This document shows positions 62,716-64,000 of a DNA stretch of 64,000 bases, piece by piece. Origin of the DNA: Hypanus sabinus (taxonomy: Eukaryota); the NCBI RefSeq assembly GCF_030144855.1, contig NC_082717.1:30876001-30940000 (forward strand). The letters run 5' to 3'. Position numbers and translations under genes: made by a program. The stretch's first letter is position 1; each line of letters starts with the position of its first letter. The notes under the pieces are model-generated. The model was not told where the DNA came from, did no database searches, and saw only the letters and a program-made list of their open reading frames with translations.

Positions 62716-63723
62716 CCTGCTCTTTGTTTACCAAAAGGCATCAATAACCAAAAGTGTTTGACATGGAATGCAGATGTGTTCAAATTCTCAAATATTAAAA
62801 AAAACAAATAATATACTGGTAGTATGTTATGAAAACAGCACTGAACCTAAAGGGTTAAGCATGATACAGAGAGAAAGAGAGATCTGGTTAAAGTTTCAAG
62901 CCAATGATCTTTGATATAAATTGGAAAGTGATTAAAGTTCGTTAACCTGAACTAACCTTGCCTCTCTCCCTGTTCGGCCTTGCTCTCTGATCTGCTGAGT
63001 GTCTGCAGCACTTTTTATTTCACATTGCACGCATGTGCAGTACTCTGCTCGTAACTATGGATTCGTCTGACGTAGCCAGTTTCCAGAAAGTAAAATTATT
63101 GCGGCAACCCTTATATTAAAGACTTTGTTAAACGTCATTAGTAAGGAACTGTGTCTCAAGCTTGAAGATGGGGAATAAGTTCACTATTCAGAATCTATGA
63201 AGTTTCCCGTGTGCATGCATGTGGTATTATACCAGGATCTGCAGAAGCTGGTGACTGGGGTATTTTAAATGAGACTTGTGAAAGGTGGAAAATGTTCAAT
63301 CTGAAGATGCAAGTGTACTATCCTTTAGTGATTTATATAGCTGCTAAATGAATACAGTTACCAATTACAACTTGAAAAACTAAGTGAATTGGCTTTAAAA
63401 TTTTCAAAAGATCTTGTATTTTTTAAAGTCGTATTAATTGAACTGTTCACTTTAGTTTTATTTCACTAATGTTTGGTTTCACATTAATATTATTGGGAAG
63501 CATCTCTTCATCAATAGAACTGATCTGTGCATCACTGTACAATAGGCACCAGATGTGCACGTCAAACTGATTTGACTGCTTGTAAGCATTTTGTAAGTTG
63601 ACTCATTGTGACTAGCTGTTTTGATGCTGACCATTGTCATAAAACTTGCACCGGGAAAGATTTTCCTTTAAATTGAGTTCTTATTTCGATAGATGCACAA
63701 GAGACTGCTGGTGCTAGAATCTG

Positions 63724-63880
63724 GAGCAACGTACAAACCGCTGGAGGTATTTAGCATCAGGTAACATCTACGAAGGGAAATGGACAGTCAACATCTCACC
63801 CTGATATGTTAACTGTTCATTTCCCTCCTTAGATGCTACCTGACTGGTTGAGTTCGTCCAATATTTAGTGAGTTGCTCTT
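63724..63880. repeat. Palindromic Penelope-terminus unit
   Basis: tcaggtaacatctacgaagggaaatggacagtcaacat / atgttaactgttcatttccctccttagatgctacctga inverted arms. Confidence 0.65.
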
Positions 63881-64000
63881 ATTTCATTAGGTTTGAAGAA
63901 ATTAGTTTTTTTAATTTCTGTGCTTAGAAATGCTGCAGATATTTTAAATGATTTATGTGTGAATGTTAAAATAGCTTCTTAGCGCTATATTTCAAGAGCG

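Overview
Vertebrate nuclear DNA, AT-rich and dense in repeats. The repeat mix (CR1, Rex/Babar-like, Penelope-like, V-SINE-like and Deu-SINE-like) suggests a cartilaginous fish, probably a ray; this is inference. The window holds the conserved DYNC2LI1-ABCG5-ABCG8 block. DYNC2LI1 is complete on + (13 coding exons, 416-33166, 357 aa by my splicing) and has an RFX X-box promoter. ABCG5 is complete and convergent on - (13 coding exons, 61124-37148, 652 aa). The first two coding exons of ABCG8 lie on +, head-to-head with ABCG5, with 404 bp between start codons. Most ORF-track entries are retroelement debris or antisense noise. Notable observations are minimal hammerhead-ribozyme motifs in Penelope-like termini (the best one sense in ABCG8 intron 2), fold-back palindromes centred on those termini, an ABCG5 NAGNAG acceptor whose proximal AG creates a stop codon, a canonical ISGGE signature in ABCG5, a GC donor and an overlapping uORF in ABCG8, and inverted CR1 copies around DYNC2LI1 exons 11 and 12. 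Exon boundaries were read by eye and checked for frame. Repeat boundaries are approximate.
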